Below are positions 15,094 to 28,049 of a stretch of 64,000 nucleotides of DNA, piece after piece. Both the position numbers and the translations under genes were made by a program. The first letter of the stretch is position 1; each line of letters begins with the position of its first letter. The notes beneath the pieces are model-generated. The model was given only the letters and a program-made list of their open reading frames with translations. It ran no database searches and had not been told where the DNA came from. This stretch comes from Mobula hypostoma (taxonomy: Eukaryota), in contig NC_086098.1 in assembly GCF_963921235.1 (NCBI RefSeq), positions 124,186,001 through 124,250,000 on the forward strand, written 5' to 3'.

Positions 15094-15979
15094 AAAAGTT
15101 GCTGGTGAACATAGCAGGTCAGGCAGCATCTCTAAGAAGAGGTACAGTCGACGTTTTGGGCCGAGACCCTTCGTCAGGACTAACTGAAAGAAGAGCTAGT
15201 AAGAGATTTGAAAGTGGGAGGGGGAGGGGGAGATCCGAAATGACAGGAGAAGACAGGAGGGGGAGGGATGGAGCCAAGAGCTGGACAGGTGATTGGCAAA
15301 AGGGATACGAGAGGATCATGGGACATGAGGCCTAGGGAGAAAGGGGGGGGGAGCCCAGAGGATGGGCAAGGGGTATAGTGAGAGGGACAGAGGGAGAAAA
15401 AGGAGAGAGAGAGAGAGAGAACGAATGTGTGTATATAAATAAATAATGGATGGGGTACGAGGGGGAGGTGGGGCATTAGTGGAAGTTAGAGAAGTCAATG
15501 TTCATGCCATCAGGTTGGAGGCTACCCAGAGGGAATATAAGGTGTTGTTCCTCCAACCTGAGTGTGGCTTCATCTTTACAGTAGAGGAGGCCGTGGATAG
15601 ACATGTCAGAATGGGAATGGGATGTGGAATTAAAATGCGTGGCCACTGGGAGATCCTGCTTTCTCTGGCAGACAGAACATAGGTGTTCAGCAAAACGATC
15701 TCCCAGTCTGCATCGGGTCTCGCCAATATATAGAAGGCCGCATCGGGAGCAGCGGACGCAGTATATCACCCCAGCTGACTCACAGGTGAAGTGTCGCCTC
15801 ACCTGGAAGGACTGTCTGGGGAGGATCTCCTAGTGGCCACACATTTTAATTCCACATCCCATTCTGATATGTCTATCCACAGCCTCCTCTACTGTAAAGA
15901 TGAAGCCACACTCAGTCACCAGCAACTTTTATGTGTGTTGCTTGAAATTCCAGCATCTGCAGATTTCCTCGTGTTTGCG
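15094..15979 (-). mobile_element. Penelope-like element 3' end (GIY-YIG remnant, hammerhead motif) with internal inversion
   Basis: ORF 15476-15802(-) VIYCVRCSRCGLLYIGETRCRLGDRFAEH..MNIDFSNF is a PLE GIY-YIG endonuclease; flanked by TCTTCACTACCTT (15081-15093) / TCTTCACTATCTT (15980-15992). Confidence 0.92.
15145..15182 (-). ncRNA. Minimal PLE-type hammerhead ribozyme motif, core mutated (GAAA>AAAA)
   Basis: Minus: tagtc CTGACGA agggtctcggccc AAAA cGTC gactg. Confidence 0.7.
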
Positions 15980-16699
15980 TCTTCACTATCTTGTCCACAC
16001 AGATCTCTCCCAAAATGTAACATTCCTGGAGTTGATTGCCCTTTCCCCAAACCGGTAGTCACAAATCCAAGCAATTTAAGTACTTAGTACTCAACCATCA
16101 TTAACAAGTCATAACATCAAGACAAGAAACTGCAGTTGCAGGAATAGAACAGGCCCTCCAATCTATGATATTGTGCCAGACTTAATTAAACGTCTAACTA
16201 ATCTAATCCATTCTACCCACATAATGACCATTTCCCCGAATTAAAAAGCCTCCTAGACATCTCTATTGTATTTGCCTCCACTACTGCCCCTGGCAGTATA
16301 GTCCAGGCACCCAACACCCTCTGTATAACTCTGAATGGAGAGGTGCTATCTGAACTGGGTCGCAGAGGGGGAGCAGCGAGAGAGGGTCTCGCACAGCTCC
16401 TGCAGAGAGGTGGGAAACTTCTTCAAAGTGGGCACACATGGAAGAGGCTTTGCAGTGGAGTAATAAAATTGAGACAATTGCTGACACTGGGACAGGGAGC
16501 AACAAAATAGATCTGCAGGAGGACCTCAGTGTGTCAGGCAGCTCGAATGGACAGTATTCGCAGTCCCTGTCTCTCCATTAGCACTGATCTCCACGGATCC
16601 TCTTTCCACATGCGGCAGGCGGCAGTCAGGGAGAAACACACCGCAGGGCCAAGGAATCGGAGATTTCTTCCAAAGGACACCAATGACCTGAAAGGGGAT

Positions 16700-17110
16700 A
16701 CAAGGCACCAACTGTCTCCAGGCTCTGGAAAGCTAGAGGGGGTGCAGAAAAGATGATCAACTGTTATACGGAGAGACTGGATAGGCTGAGAGTGAAGGAG
16801 AGTAGGAGCTGGCCTTCTGGAGATTCGTGGACGGAATAGGTTTAAGGTGAGAGAGAAAAGATTTAAAGGGGACCTAAGAGGCAACTTTACACACAGATGG
16901 TGTGCCTATGTAGAATGAGCTGCCAGAGGACACAGTAACAACATTTTAAAGACACTTGGACAGGTACAATAAATGGAAAATTTGAAAGGACACTCGAAAG
17001 ATTCAGAGATACGGGCTAGTGTAGCCAAATGGGATTAGCTCAGAGGGAAATATCAGCCAACACAGACAAGTTGGGCCAAACAGCCTGTTTCCATGCTGCC
17101 TAACTCATTA
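16700..17110 (+). mobile_element. CR1 LINE 3' fragment
   Basis: KLEGVQKR remnant followed by CR1-type 3' region ending gttgggccaaacagcctgtttccatgctg. Confidence 0.65.
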
Positions 17111-18001
17111 ATCCACTGATGGGACAAGTTCAGTTCAAATCCATAGATGACTTCGCCCAATTACTTGGCCTTTAGCCAACCGTACATACCAAACTCTGAT
17201 CATCGTTTGCTCAGAGTTAGTATGGCAGAAGTGGCAGATTGGTAGGTTTCCTGGGTTACTAGATGCTAATCCTTTTAATAACACATGCTTTTAATTCATT
17301 TTTTAAAATGTTACTCAATAATACAGTATCTTGATCAATGAACCTATGTGTAGGAGAGCACAGCAAGTTTACAAAGAATCATCTTGCAGGCCAGGTGCCA
17401 AAGCTTTGGGATTTCCAATCAGAGAGTGGGTTATCTGAGTTTTATTATAACTTGACTCAGTAATCTATGACACCTCTCTCCATCGTGAGGGAAGTGAAGC
17501 AACTTACATTTTTAGAGCCATTACACAAACAGAGGCTGCTGTGATGAAGACGGGGGGAATTCCTCAACTAGAAGCAGTCATCTAGTTCTTGCTGCTCCCC
17601 ATGCTGCTTTGGGAGCAAGTACTACAAGCACAGGAACAGCCCACATCTACAAAAATTAAACTGATCCCTTCCACTTACACAAAGTCCCCATCTTTACATT
17701 TCCTCCAGATTCATGTCCCTATCTAATAGCCCATTGGATTTGCCTTCACCACCACACCTGGAAGCACATTCCAGGCACCCACCACTGTGTAAAAAAAATA
17801 CACAGTGCCCTGCACATCTCCACTGAACTTACCCACCTCAACTTAAATGCATGCTCTCTGGTATTAAACATTTCAACCTTAGCAACGCAGGGAAGAAAGG
17901 GTTTGCTGAGAGAGGGACATAGGGTGATGACGGTGATGCAGTTCACAGAGATGATGAAAGATTGTTGGGTGATGGAGGCAGCCGTCACAGAGAGTTCCTG
18001 G

Positions 18002-20270
18002 GTGACAGGTGACACACACACACACAGGTTACAGGGGTGTGACAGACGGGCAACACACACACACACACGTTACAGGGACGTGACAGACAGGCGACACACA
18101 CACACAGGTTACAGGGACGTGATGGACGGGCGACACACACACACAGGTTACAGGGGCGTGACGGACGGGCGACACACACACACACACAGGTTACAGGGAC
18201 GTGACGGACGGGCGACACACACACACACACAGGTTACAGGGGCGTGACGGACGGGCGACACACACACAGGTTACAGGGGCGTGACGGACGGGCGACACAC
18301 ACAGGTTACAGGGGCGTGACGGACGGGCGACACACACACAGGTTACAGGGGCGTGACGGACGGGCGACACACACACAGGTTACAGGGGCGTGACGGACGG
18401 GCGACACACACACACAGGTTACAGGGGCGTGACGGACGGGCGACACACACACAGGTTACAGGGGCGTGACGGACGGGCGACACACACACAGGTTACAGGG
18501 GCGTGATGGACGGGCGACACACACACACAGGTTACAGGGACGTGACGGACGGGCGACACACACACAGGTTACAGGGGCGTGACGGACGGGCGACACACAC
18601 ACAGGTTACAGGGGCGTGACGGACGGGCGACACACACACAGGTTACAGGGGCGTGACAGACGGGCGACACACACACAGGTTACAGGGGCGTGACAGACGG
18701 GCGACACACACACACAGGTTACAGGGACGTGACGGACGGGCGACACACACACACACAGGTTACAGGGGCGTGACGGACGGGCGACACACACACAGGTTAC
18801 AGGGGCGTGACAGACGGGCGACACACACACAGGTTACAGGGGCGTGACGGACGGGCGACACACACACACACACAGGTTACAGGGGCGTGACAGACGGGCG
18901 ACACACACACAGGTTACAGGGGCGTGACGGACGGGCGACACACACACACACAGGTTACAGGGGCGTGACGGACGGGCGACACACACACACACAGGTTACA
19001 GGGACGTGATGGACGGGCGACACACACACAGGTTACAGGGGCGTGACAGACGGGCGACACACACACAGGTTACAGGGGCGTGACGGACGGGCGACACACA
19101 CACACACAGGTTACAGGGGCGTGACGGACGGGCGACACACACACAGGTTACAGGGACGTGACGGACGGGCGACACACACACACAGGTTACAGGGGCGTGA
19201 CGGACGGGCGACACACACACACAGGTTACAGGGGCGTGACGGACGGGCGACACACACACACAGGTTACAGGGGCGTGACGGACGGGCGACACACACACAG
19301 GTTACAGGGACGTGACGGACGGGCGACACACACACACACACACACACAGGTTACAGGGACGTGACGGACGGGCGACACACACACACACACACAGGTTACA
19401 GGGACGTGACGGACGGGCGACACACACACACACAGGTTACAGGGGCGTGACGGACGGGCGACACACACACAGGTTACAGGGGCGTGACGGACGGGCAACA
19501 CACACACACACAGGTTACAGGGACGTGACGGACGGGCGACACACACACACACAGGTTACAGGGGCGTGACGAACGGGCGACACACACACACACAGGTTAC
19601 AGGGACGTGACGGACGGGCAACACACACACACACACGTTACAGGGACGTGACGGACGGGCAACACACACACACACAGGTTACAGGGACGTGACGGACGGG
19701 CAACACACACACACACAGGTTACAGGGACGTGACGGACGGGCAACACACACACACACACGTTACAGGGACGTGACAGACAGGCGACACACACACAGGTTA
19801 CAGGGGCGTGACAGACGGGCGACACACACACACACACAGGTTACAGGGGCGTGACAGACAGGCGACACACACACACACAGGTTACAGGGACGTGATGGAC
19901 GGGCGACACACACACAGGTTACAGGGGCGTGACGGACGGGCGACACACACACAGGTTACAGGGACGTGACAGACAGGCGACACACACACACACAGGTTAC
20001 AGGGACGTGATGGACGGGCGACACACACACAGGTTACAGGGGCGTGACGGACGGGCGACACACACACAGGTTACAGGTACGTGACGGACGGGCGACACAC
20101 ACAGGTTACAGGTACGTGACGGACAGGCGACACACACACAGGTTACAGGGACGTGACGGACAGGCGACACACACACAGGTTACAGGGACGTGACAGACAG
20201 GCAACACACACAGGTTACAGGGACGTGACGGATGGGACACACACACACACGTGTTACAGGGACATGACAG
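18002..20270 (+). repeat. Compound minisatellite: AGGTTACAGGGGCGTGACGGACGGGCG + variable (AC)n, roughly 50-55 units, in H3F3A intron 1
   Basis: Directly visible tandem array; unit length varies mainly through the AC run; degenerate units at both ends. Confidence 0.97.
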
Positions 20271-20454
20271 ACTGTGTTGGATGACTGAAGTGACACTGAT
20301 AGGAAGGGAGGGAAGGAACTGAAAACTTAAAGTACTTTAAAATGAGGATGTAAACCAGGAGCCAAGACCTCTCACTACTGACCAAATGCACTCTGTACAA
20401 CTACTCCACTGTGATCTGCACCAGGGTCACCACCCCGTCCTTTTCCTGGGGATA

Positions 20455-20745
20455 GCCCAGTGGCAGATTTGGTAGAGCCACTGCTTCATAGCACCAGAGA
20501 CTGGGGTTCAATCCTGACCTTGGGTGCATGTCGCTGTGACCATGTGGGTTTCTCACCTGTGCCCCGTTTCCCTCTCACATCTCAATCAGTAGGTAGATTA
20601 ACTGGCCACCGGAATTGTTAGTGTGCGGATAAGTGGTGGTTTCTTGTGAGGGGGTGGGCAGAGAGCTGATGGGAGTGTGGAAAGAATAGGATTGTTCTGA
20701 CCCAGCATTGACTTGATGGGCCCAATCCCTTCCTCTGATATCATG
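20455..20745 (+). mobile_element. V-SINE/HE1-like tRNA SINE remnant (similar copies near 41695-42000 and 58110-58340)
   Basis: tRNA-like head (GGTTCAATCC B box), GTGACCATGTGGGTTTC V-domain-like segment, CR1-like tail gatgggcc. Confidence 0.65.
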
Positions 20746-20989
20746 AGAAAGCATTTCATCTAATTTCTCAGCATTCAATTTCATCTGATCTACCTAACGT
20801 TCACCCAAGAGCTGTCTGAACAACTCAGCTAAAAGGCAGGCTCCCCAGTTGATGGGAAAGGGTGACCAAAGGCACACGCTGTCAGGGAAGTCTTGTGGTC
20901 TATCACCTGATGCCTGACACACAAATACAGAATCCAAGTGCCAATAGGAACCAGTCGGGCCCAATGCAATCTGAGCCACGGACCAGGAA

Positions 20990-22095
20990 GTGGAGTAGAG
21001 TTTCCCTGGCATGGTGTCAACAACCTCTCCCTCGGTGTCAGCAAAACAAAGGAAATGATTCTGACTTCAGGAGGGAGGGCAGAGTCCATGCCTCGGGATG
21101 TATCCAGGGTGCTGAGGTATAGATGGTTGACAGCTTCAAGTTCCTGGGTGCAAACATTGCCAATAGCCTGACCTCATCCAACCACACAGATGCCAAGGCC
21201 AAAGGAGTGCATCAGTGTCTCTCATTCCTCACAAGACAAAGGAAATTTGCACGTCTCTGTTGACTCTCATGAGGCCCTCTGTTGGGTCAGGGCTGACCAC
21301 GAGGACGTAATGTGATACACAAGTCAGGGCAGTACCATATGGAGAACAAGCTATTACCCATGGAGCAGACTCCCCCTCTCCACGCACCTGATCAATCCAA
21401 AGAATAGAGAGGCCGATACAGGGACATTGTAAGACTGCCAGTCAGCACTGAACTCAACGTAGGGCTGTCAGTAGAAATAATTCTTCCAGGCTCAGTAGCT
21501 CAGCCACACATGAAGGCTTGGTTCTCAGAGGCCACTGGAGATGCACACCACTGGGAGCATTTCATAGGTGGTGGGAGCTTGTTCCCACTACCTCCTCCGG
21601 TTATGACAACCTTAAGAACCCTCACCAATTACTACAGACACACCACAGAAAGCACCCTAACGAGACATATCACGGCTTGGTATGGGAACCGGTTTGCCAA
21701 GAACAGAAGAAACTGCAGAGTTGTGCACACAGCTCGGCACATCACAGAAACCACCCCCCCCCCCCCCACGGACTCTGTCTATAACTTCCTGCTGCCTCGG
21801 TAAAGCAGCCGAGAGAATTAAAGACCTCTCCCACCCTGGGCATTCTTTCCTCACCCCTCTCTTAACGGGCAGAAGATAGAAAAGCCTGGAAGGACAGCTT
21901 CTATTCCACTGTTATAACTACTGAACAGCCCAGCAGTATGATGAAATGAGCTACTACAATCCGGCCTCACACCTTGTTGTCTACCTGTACTGCACTCTCT
22001 CTGAACCTGTAATAGTTCAGCACTTTTTTTTTACTTTTCTGAAAGGATAGCATGCTAAACAAAGTTTTTCACCGAACCTGTGACATTAATAAACC
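20990..22095 (+). mobile_element. Rex1/Babar-type LINE 3' fragment interrupted by a minus-strand SINE piece (~21273-21470); related fragments at ~26725-27060 and ~41150-41580
   Basis: Remnant peptides NNLSLGVSKTKEMI and TNYYRHTTESTLTRHITAWYGN typical of the Rex1/Babar RT C-terminus. Confidence 0.7.
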
Positions 22096-22111
22096 AATAA
22101 TTAAGAGGGAC

Positions 22112-22255
22112 ACAAACACAAGAAAATCTGCAGATGCTGGAAATGCAAGTATCACACACAAAATGCTGGTGAACGCAGCAGGCCAGGCAGGATCTATAGG
22201 AAGAGGTACAGTTGACGTTTTGGGCTGAGACCCTTCGTCAGGACTAACTGGGAGG
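22112..22255 (-). mobile_element. Short (~145 bp) PLE-terminus element with hammerhead motif (22209-22246, GAAA>AAAA)
   Basis: Same terminal sequence as longer PLE copies; direct repeat TTAAGAGGGAC at 22101-22111 and 22256-22266. Confidence 0.8.
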
Positions 22256-23386
22256 TTAAGAGGGACTCAGCCCTTCTAACCAGGTTACCCATCTAACCTA
22301 GCCCCATTTGCTTTCAACTTATTCTTTGTTCGAATTTCCCAATGCACTTTTAATTAGAACTTTTTGATGTCAGATAAAATTCCCAGTAATTTTGCCAAGT
22401 TACAGCTGGAACTGGGGCCCTGGTGAGTTGCACTGGAGAGTGTGAAGTGTTAACCCTGAACGACTGGAGAGCACCAATTAGAAGTAGCAACAGCGGCAAA
22501 AACTACAGGCGGGAGGGGAGAGCATGAAAATAATGGATAAATTACAATGCTCAATTCACAAGCCTACACAATCTAACTTGGTCACACCATGTGTAGAATG
22601 CTGCTGGAATTGGCCTTGTGCCAATCCCTCCTGATACAATTACATTTTGTATCGGTTTCATCATCCTCCTGTGTATCAAGATAAAGTGAAACGCCTTTGT
22701 TTGCATACTATTCAGACAGATCAATCCAGACACATGTACGCTGAAGTAGTGAAAAAGGAACAAAATAATACAGTTACAGAGAAAGTGCGGTGGAATTAAG
22801 CAAAGTTCAAGGGCAATGACAAGACAGACTGAACAATCAAGAGTGTCGGAGAGGTCCACGTCAGAGTCTCAGAACAGCAGGACAGACGCTGTCCTTGTGC
22901 CTGGTGGTACCAACTCTCAGAGCTGCTGTGTCTTTGCCCAACAGGAGAAAGAAGCATGGTCAGGGTGGGTCAACCCAATGTTATCTGTCCATTTCCCTCC
23001 AACCAGCATATGCAGTCTCCGATATCAACAAAGGGCAACTCCTCCTGCCCCCACCCCAGAAAGAGACGCCTCCCACGGCCAAATAGGCATTCATAATGGT
23101 GAATGTGTCAGTTGGCAAGTGTTCCCTCTCGGTATGTAGGCTGGGCCGTTTCAAGAGGCCAGTCTGGCATATAGGGTGTCACCTTCAGCTCAATACAAGG
23201 TTACCAAGGCTGGTCTTCCCCCACCCCTCGCCTCTCCAGTGGTAACCACCACAGAATCTGAACAATCTTCACTTGACAGTATCTTCCACCCCCCAACTCA
23301 ACAGTTGACACGTCAGCAAATTCACCATTGACAACAGGAAAGCAAGTAGTCGACACTACCAGCACAATGTATGGGGTCCAATGTTA

Positions 23387-23809
23387 CGGCAGAACTCCGA
23401 TAATCCACTATCTGATAATCCAGAATTCCTGGTGGTTTACAATCCAGACCACCAGGGAACATTTGCCAAGCTCTCTGCAGGCTCAGCTCACGCACGCAGT
23501 ATCCTTAAAAACTTGAGCAACACACAAAGTTGCTGGTGAACGCAGCAGGCAAGGCAGCATCTCTAGGAAGAGCTACAGTCAACGTTTCAGGCCGAGACCC
23601 TTCGTGAGTTTGATGTGTGTTGCTTGAATTTCCAGCATCTGCAGAATTCCTGTCGTTTACCCTTAAAAACTTGTCTGGTTCACTGGGCAATTATACCGCA
23701 GTGTAACATTTTCAATTAAACTGCAGGGGAGGTTGTGGATAAACATCCAATACTCAGAGATCTCCCAGTCCCAACATCCCACGTGTGCTGGATTACTGGA
23801 GTTTTACTG
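23387..23809. mobile_element. Old Tigger/pogo-like MITE containing a nested PLE-derived insertion
   Basis: Imperfect TIRs CGGCAGAACTCCGATAATCCA / TGGATTACTGGAGTTTTACTG. Confidence 0.5.
23516..23660. mobile_element. Short fold-back PLE-terminus element with truncated hammerhead
   Basis: Perfect 13-bp direct repeat CCTTAAAAACTTG at 23503-23515 and 23661-23673; inverted ends agcaacacaca / tgtgtgttgct. Confidence 0.82.
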
Positions 23810-24699
23810 CCAGGAGGGTGTTAAAGAGAGGTCACTGTCTTACAACTGAATTAGGTGACAACACGTTAATGCAGAAATTAGGTTTCAAATATAACCTCTA
23901 CCTGGGTGAGAAGTTCTCAGATATTTTGAGAAAGTTTTCCCAATTTCTGTTTATTGGATGAAAGGCATCTCCGTTAAGCCGAAAAGGCATTGAATCATTA
24001 TCGAACATTTTGGGGAACGGTGCTGAACCAACCAAAATTCCGCCTCCCTGTTTAGAACTATTCACTATTTTTGTTCTTGAAACTTTTGGCCATTTTTCCA
24101 TTCCAACTCCCACGCAATCCGTTCCTGTTATCTGCAATAGAAAACACGGGCTACCAGTGTTGGTAATCGATAGGTGCAGGAAGTGGAGGGGACGCATCGA
24201 ATGTGAACTGCATTTTTTGCACCAATCATTGAAATGGATACGAAAAAAAAACTACACCAAATACAAGTAAATACAACACATTCTCAGCCTGGTGTAGAGA
24301 TGAGTGCTCTGGGAAGCGAATAGCTTGTTTAAGCCTACACGAGCAGCCCAGTTTGAAACAGCAACTGATCCAACTCCCGCCTTACAATTTACATTCTTTA
24401 AGTCTGGTCGAGTATTACAAAATATAAAACAGATCAATTTTAATATTTGCTCACTCACCCCCCCCCCAAAAAAAACAAACTTAAAAACAAGAACAGAGTT
24501 GTGTTGAATGAGAACTCGGAGCTCCTGTTTAGCATAGAGGGACACCCGTGGTTAAAATGGGCGATGCAACAAAGGAGAGAGAGCAAAGATGGTGAAGGTG
24601 ACGAGGAAAACAAAGCGAAATTAAATATTCCTCTTTCGCCTCTCTGTTTTGCAACTAATGCTAAAAGTAAGCCCATATACCCTCAAGCAACACGCTTAT

Positions 24700-26100
24700 A
24701 AACACCAATTACGGAAGTCCTTGTAAATTGACGAAACGAAATCGAAACACTTTCTGGGGTTGGAGTTGAAAACAATAATAAAAGAAAAGAGAAATAAACT
24801 AACAATAACATTAAGAGCGATCTAAATACGGCGCAGAGCGCAGAGAGGGGGTGTTTCACAGAGAGAGAGAGCGAAGATACAAGTGAGAAGAAACTGGAAC
24901 GTTGACCCAGGAACGCGCGAGTTTTGTTACAATGTTGCTGGCACAAAATGGATACCTTAAAGTTTGTTAAAGCAGCGTTAGCCCTCACAAAGAGCAGCTA
25001 CAACGTAAATACAAGGGGGCGGTAAACTGTGGAGAAAGACTGCATTGACGTGCCTGTGAAAGTTGTCGTCTGTCGAATTAATACAACACACACTGATACT
25101 CACCTATTCGCTCTTGGTTCCCCTCCGTCCGAGCCTCTTTCCGAGCAAAAACAGCAGATATTCCTCTCTCGCTGGAAAACACAATTGCAGAAAATGGCTG
25201 TCGAGGGCTTCCCAGAAGCTCCTGCGAACAACCCTCCCTCCCTCCCTCCTCTGTGCCCAGGGCACACACCCACGGGGCTGGGTGCGTTCGCAGCCCGAGT
25301 CCGCCCCGGCGGGGAGAGCGGTCAGCCCCTGCTCTCTTTCCCTCGTCCCCACACTGCTGGGCTGATGCACCTTCCAGCAGCGCGGCCCCGAGAAACGTCC
25401 CGGCAGCTTTGCTTTTGGTGGCGTTTTAAAGAGCACGCAAAGCTCGGTTTCTTTTCACCTCTCCCCGCCATCGCCGAAGACTGTTCCGTGTTTCCACGGG
25501 CACGGGAAGCTCGTTAACCGAAAAGTGGGGATTTGACCTTCCAGGGCGATTCTAAAAGTACTCTCGGAACTGAGGAGATCCCATAGCACTATTTCACGAT
25601 GCCGTGCCGTCTCTGCGGTCCTGAGGTCAACATTTATCTCTAAATTCTGGAGATAAAAGAGATTATGGATAACTATTAGAATGTGTGTGTAAATTTCTGT
25701 GTACAGAGCGGCTACCACATTTCCGGCATTGGTTTCAGATAGGATTCCAACTGTGCAGCACAGAGACGGGCCATTCGGCCCGTCTTATCGATGCTGCTTG
25801 TTTGCCAATCTGCATTGGTGCTTAGGGTAGAGCTGTGAACAGCCATTCAGCGGAGCCCTGTGTCCTGGGCCGGTCTTTCTTCGGGCTATCACAGGGCGTG
25901 GCCCATCCCATCTCCCTCTCCCAGGGAATGAGGTCTTTGGAGCTATCTTACAGCAGCCACTTTAGCTGGGACGTTGGGGGAGGCTGGAGCACTCGGGAGA
26001 CCTGTGGTAGCGAGGAGGTGCGGACAGCGCCGGAGGTCAGGGTTGATTCCGGGTCGCCGGCGCTGTGAGGCAGCGGCTGCACCATTGTTTAGTTTTGGAC
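24700..26100 (-). promoter_or_regulatory. CpG-rich promoter region of H3F3A
   Basis: High CpG density against a depleted background; YY1 motif AAAATGGCTG 25191-25200; GC box CCGCCCC near 25301. Confidence 0.7.
25104..25203 (-). other. H3F3A: Probable non-coding exon 1 / TSS of H3F3A
   Basis: Inside a CpG island; begins GACAGCCATTTTCTGCAATTGTGTT (YY1-type CAGCCATTTT; resembles the mammalian H3F3A 5' end as recalled); ends at strong donor AG|GTGAGT (25103-25098). Confidence 0.75.
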
Positions 26101-28049
26101 CTTTGTTAAATCTGATGGAAAAGCTCTCTCATTACTCCCCCCTCCCGTCTGCTCAGCCTCACTCCCTGGAAATGGAGTGCTAGGCTGTCCCCCCTCTGTT
26201 TGAGCTGCACACTGTTACATTTACTCTTCAAGGTGGGAATGTTTATAGCCCATTCCTGACTGTCCTCAGACCCAGTTGATTTCTAAAAACCCGTCATCTC
26301 ACCTCTTTCTTCGGTGCTGACCCTTTGCTCCCCCCCCCCACCCAGAGGTCTTGTTCTATATCTCCCCACAAAAGGAAACATCTCCCCCCTCCCCCCCCCG
26401 TCATATATTCCCTCACAACTAGGAGACCACTCTACCCAGTTCTCTTAATGAAGTCTCCTCGGGAATTTATAACTTTCCTTTACATAGGCCCAGGAGACAG
26501 GCTGGGGCACAGCGACGGGAACTGAAATGGGAAATGAATAAGGAGGGTCTTGGAATAAGATATTTAAGTTCAATATGCAGGAAGACCAAAGTTAAACTAC
26601 CTGTCAGCTGGTGGTTAGGGAGGTTTGTTTATTTATGCACAAGATTATCATTTGGAAAAGACATTAAGGCTTCGGTCAATGCAATATATCCCATAAAGCT
26701 TTTATAGAAAGCTTTTGTGGGCAAGAAGCTACAGAGAGTTCTGGACACAGCTCAGCATATCATGAAAACCAGCCTCCTCTCCATGGAATATGTCTACAAT
26801 GTTCATCGCTTCTGTAAAGCAGCCAAAATAATCAAGGACCCCTCCCAGCCCAGTTACTCCCTCATCTCCCTCCCTCCCATTGGGCAGAAATAACCAAATC
26901 TGATTGCGCATACCACCAGGCACTGGGACAGCTTCTACCCCGCTGTGCTAAGACTCACGGGGTAACTCAGTCAGGTCATGGCCCTTGTGCCTCATTTGCC
27001 AGCCTGCACTGCCCTTTCCCCTTCCCCTGTGACTGCATCACCACCTCAACACACTGATTGCGGTGGAATGAACGCAAACCGTATCTTGGTAGGTGTCACA
27101 ATTGTAACGCCCTAGTAGAGGTTTCACTGCTGATGTTTCACAATAATAAAACCAACTTCTCGTTAGAATCATTGTACTGAAGGCAGTTGTTCAGCCCAAT
27201 GTGTCTACATTGTTCTAAAGTGCCACTTCCCAGTTTTCAGTCTACAACCCACATCGTCACGGCTCATCCAAGGAAATTCCTAGAAAACAATTTTCCAGAA
27301 AGCAAATCTACTCTGTCAAAGTACATTTTACATTTGCTTACATTTTACCCCACGTAAATTCTGTAAGAGTGAATTTTATTCTGTATTTCAAATTATTGGG
27401 TAGTGATTTGTGAATTTTGTAAGGGCAAATTTTCATAACCTGAACAGCCATACTCCACTTTGCTCAGCTTTCTACTCTGGGACAGTATGGTGGTGCATCT
27501 GGTAGACTGCTGCCTCACACCTCCAGACACCTGGGTCTAATCTTTTATTCCATCCAGGCATCCTTTCCCTTTCTCTGAAGCTTAAAGTCTCTTTTACAGT
27601 TCCGTCAAGTTACCTTTCTCTCTCCATGCATGTTGCTTTTTTCCAGCACTTGCTGTTATTTTGTTTTTTTCCCCCTTTCTCCCTGTTCCTTACCTTATTC
27701 CTCTAAATTGCATAAACTATGTATTTATCTTCAACCTCTACTGTTTGTAGAACATTAACCCTCGTCATAGATGCTGGCTAAGATCATTTTCCAATTCCTT
27801 TTTATTTCATTCATCTTTACAGCATTGAAAGATGTTGGTATATTTCGTATGAATGTAAAACAAACCATATTTACTAACTTTGCTTCATACAGTATCAGAC
27901 TAGCAATATGTCTAAAATGCAGAAAGCATCTACTGCTGAATACAACATTTCCTTGCTTTTATTTCATTTTTCCAGTACTAGCTTTGTGTTACTGTGTAAG
28001 TTTGGAACAAGTTCCCACTCCCTTTGCAACAAATCAAGCTCATCTCCCC

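Noticed and set aside
17903-20067. His/Thr- or Cys/Val-rich ORFs
   Set aside because: Translations of the (AC)n minisatellite with constant frameshifts.
24453-24458. Extra minus-strand donor GTGAGT suggesting an alternative H3F3A leader exon
   Set aside because: No supporting acceptor or TSS evidence from sequence alone.
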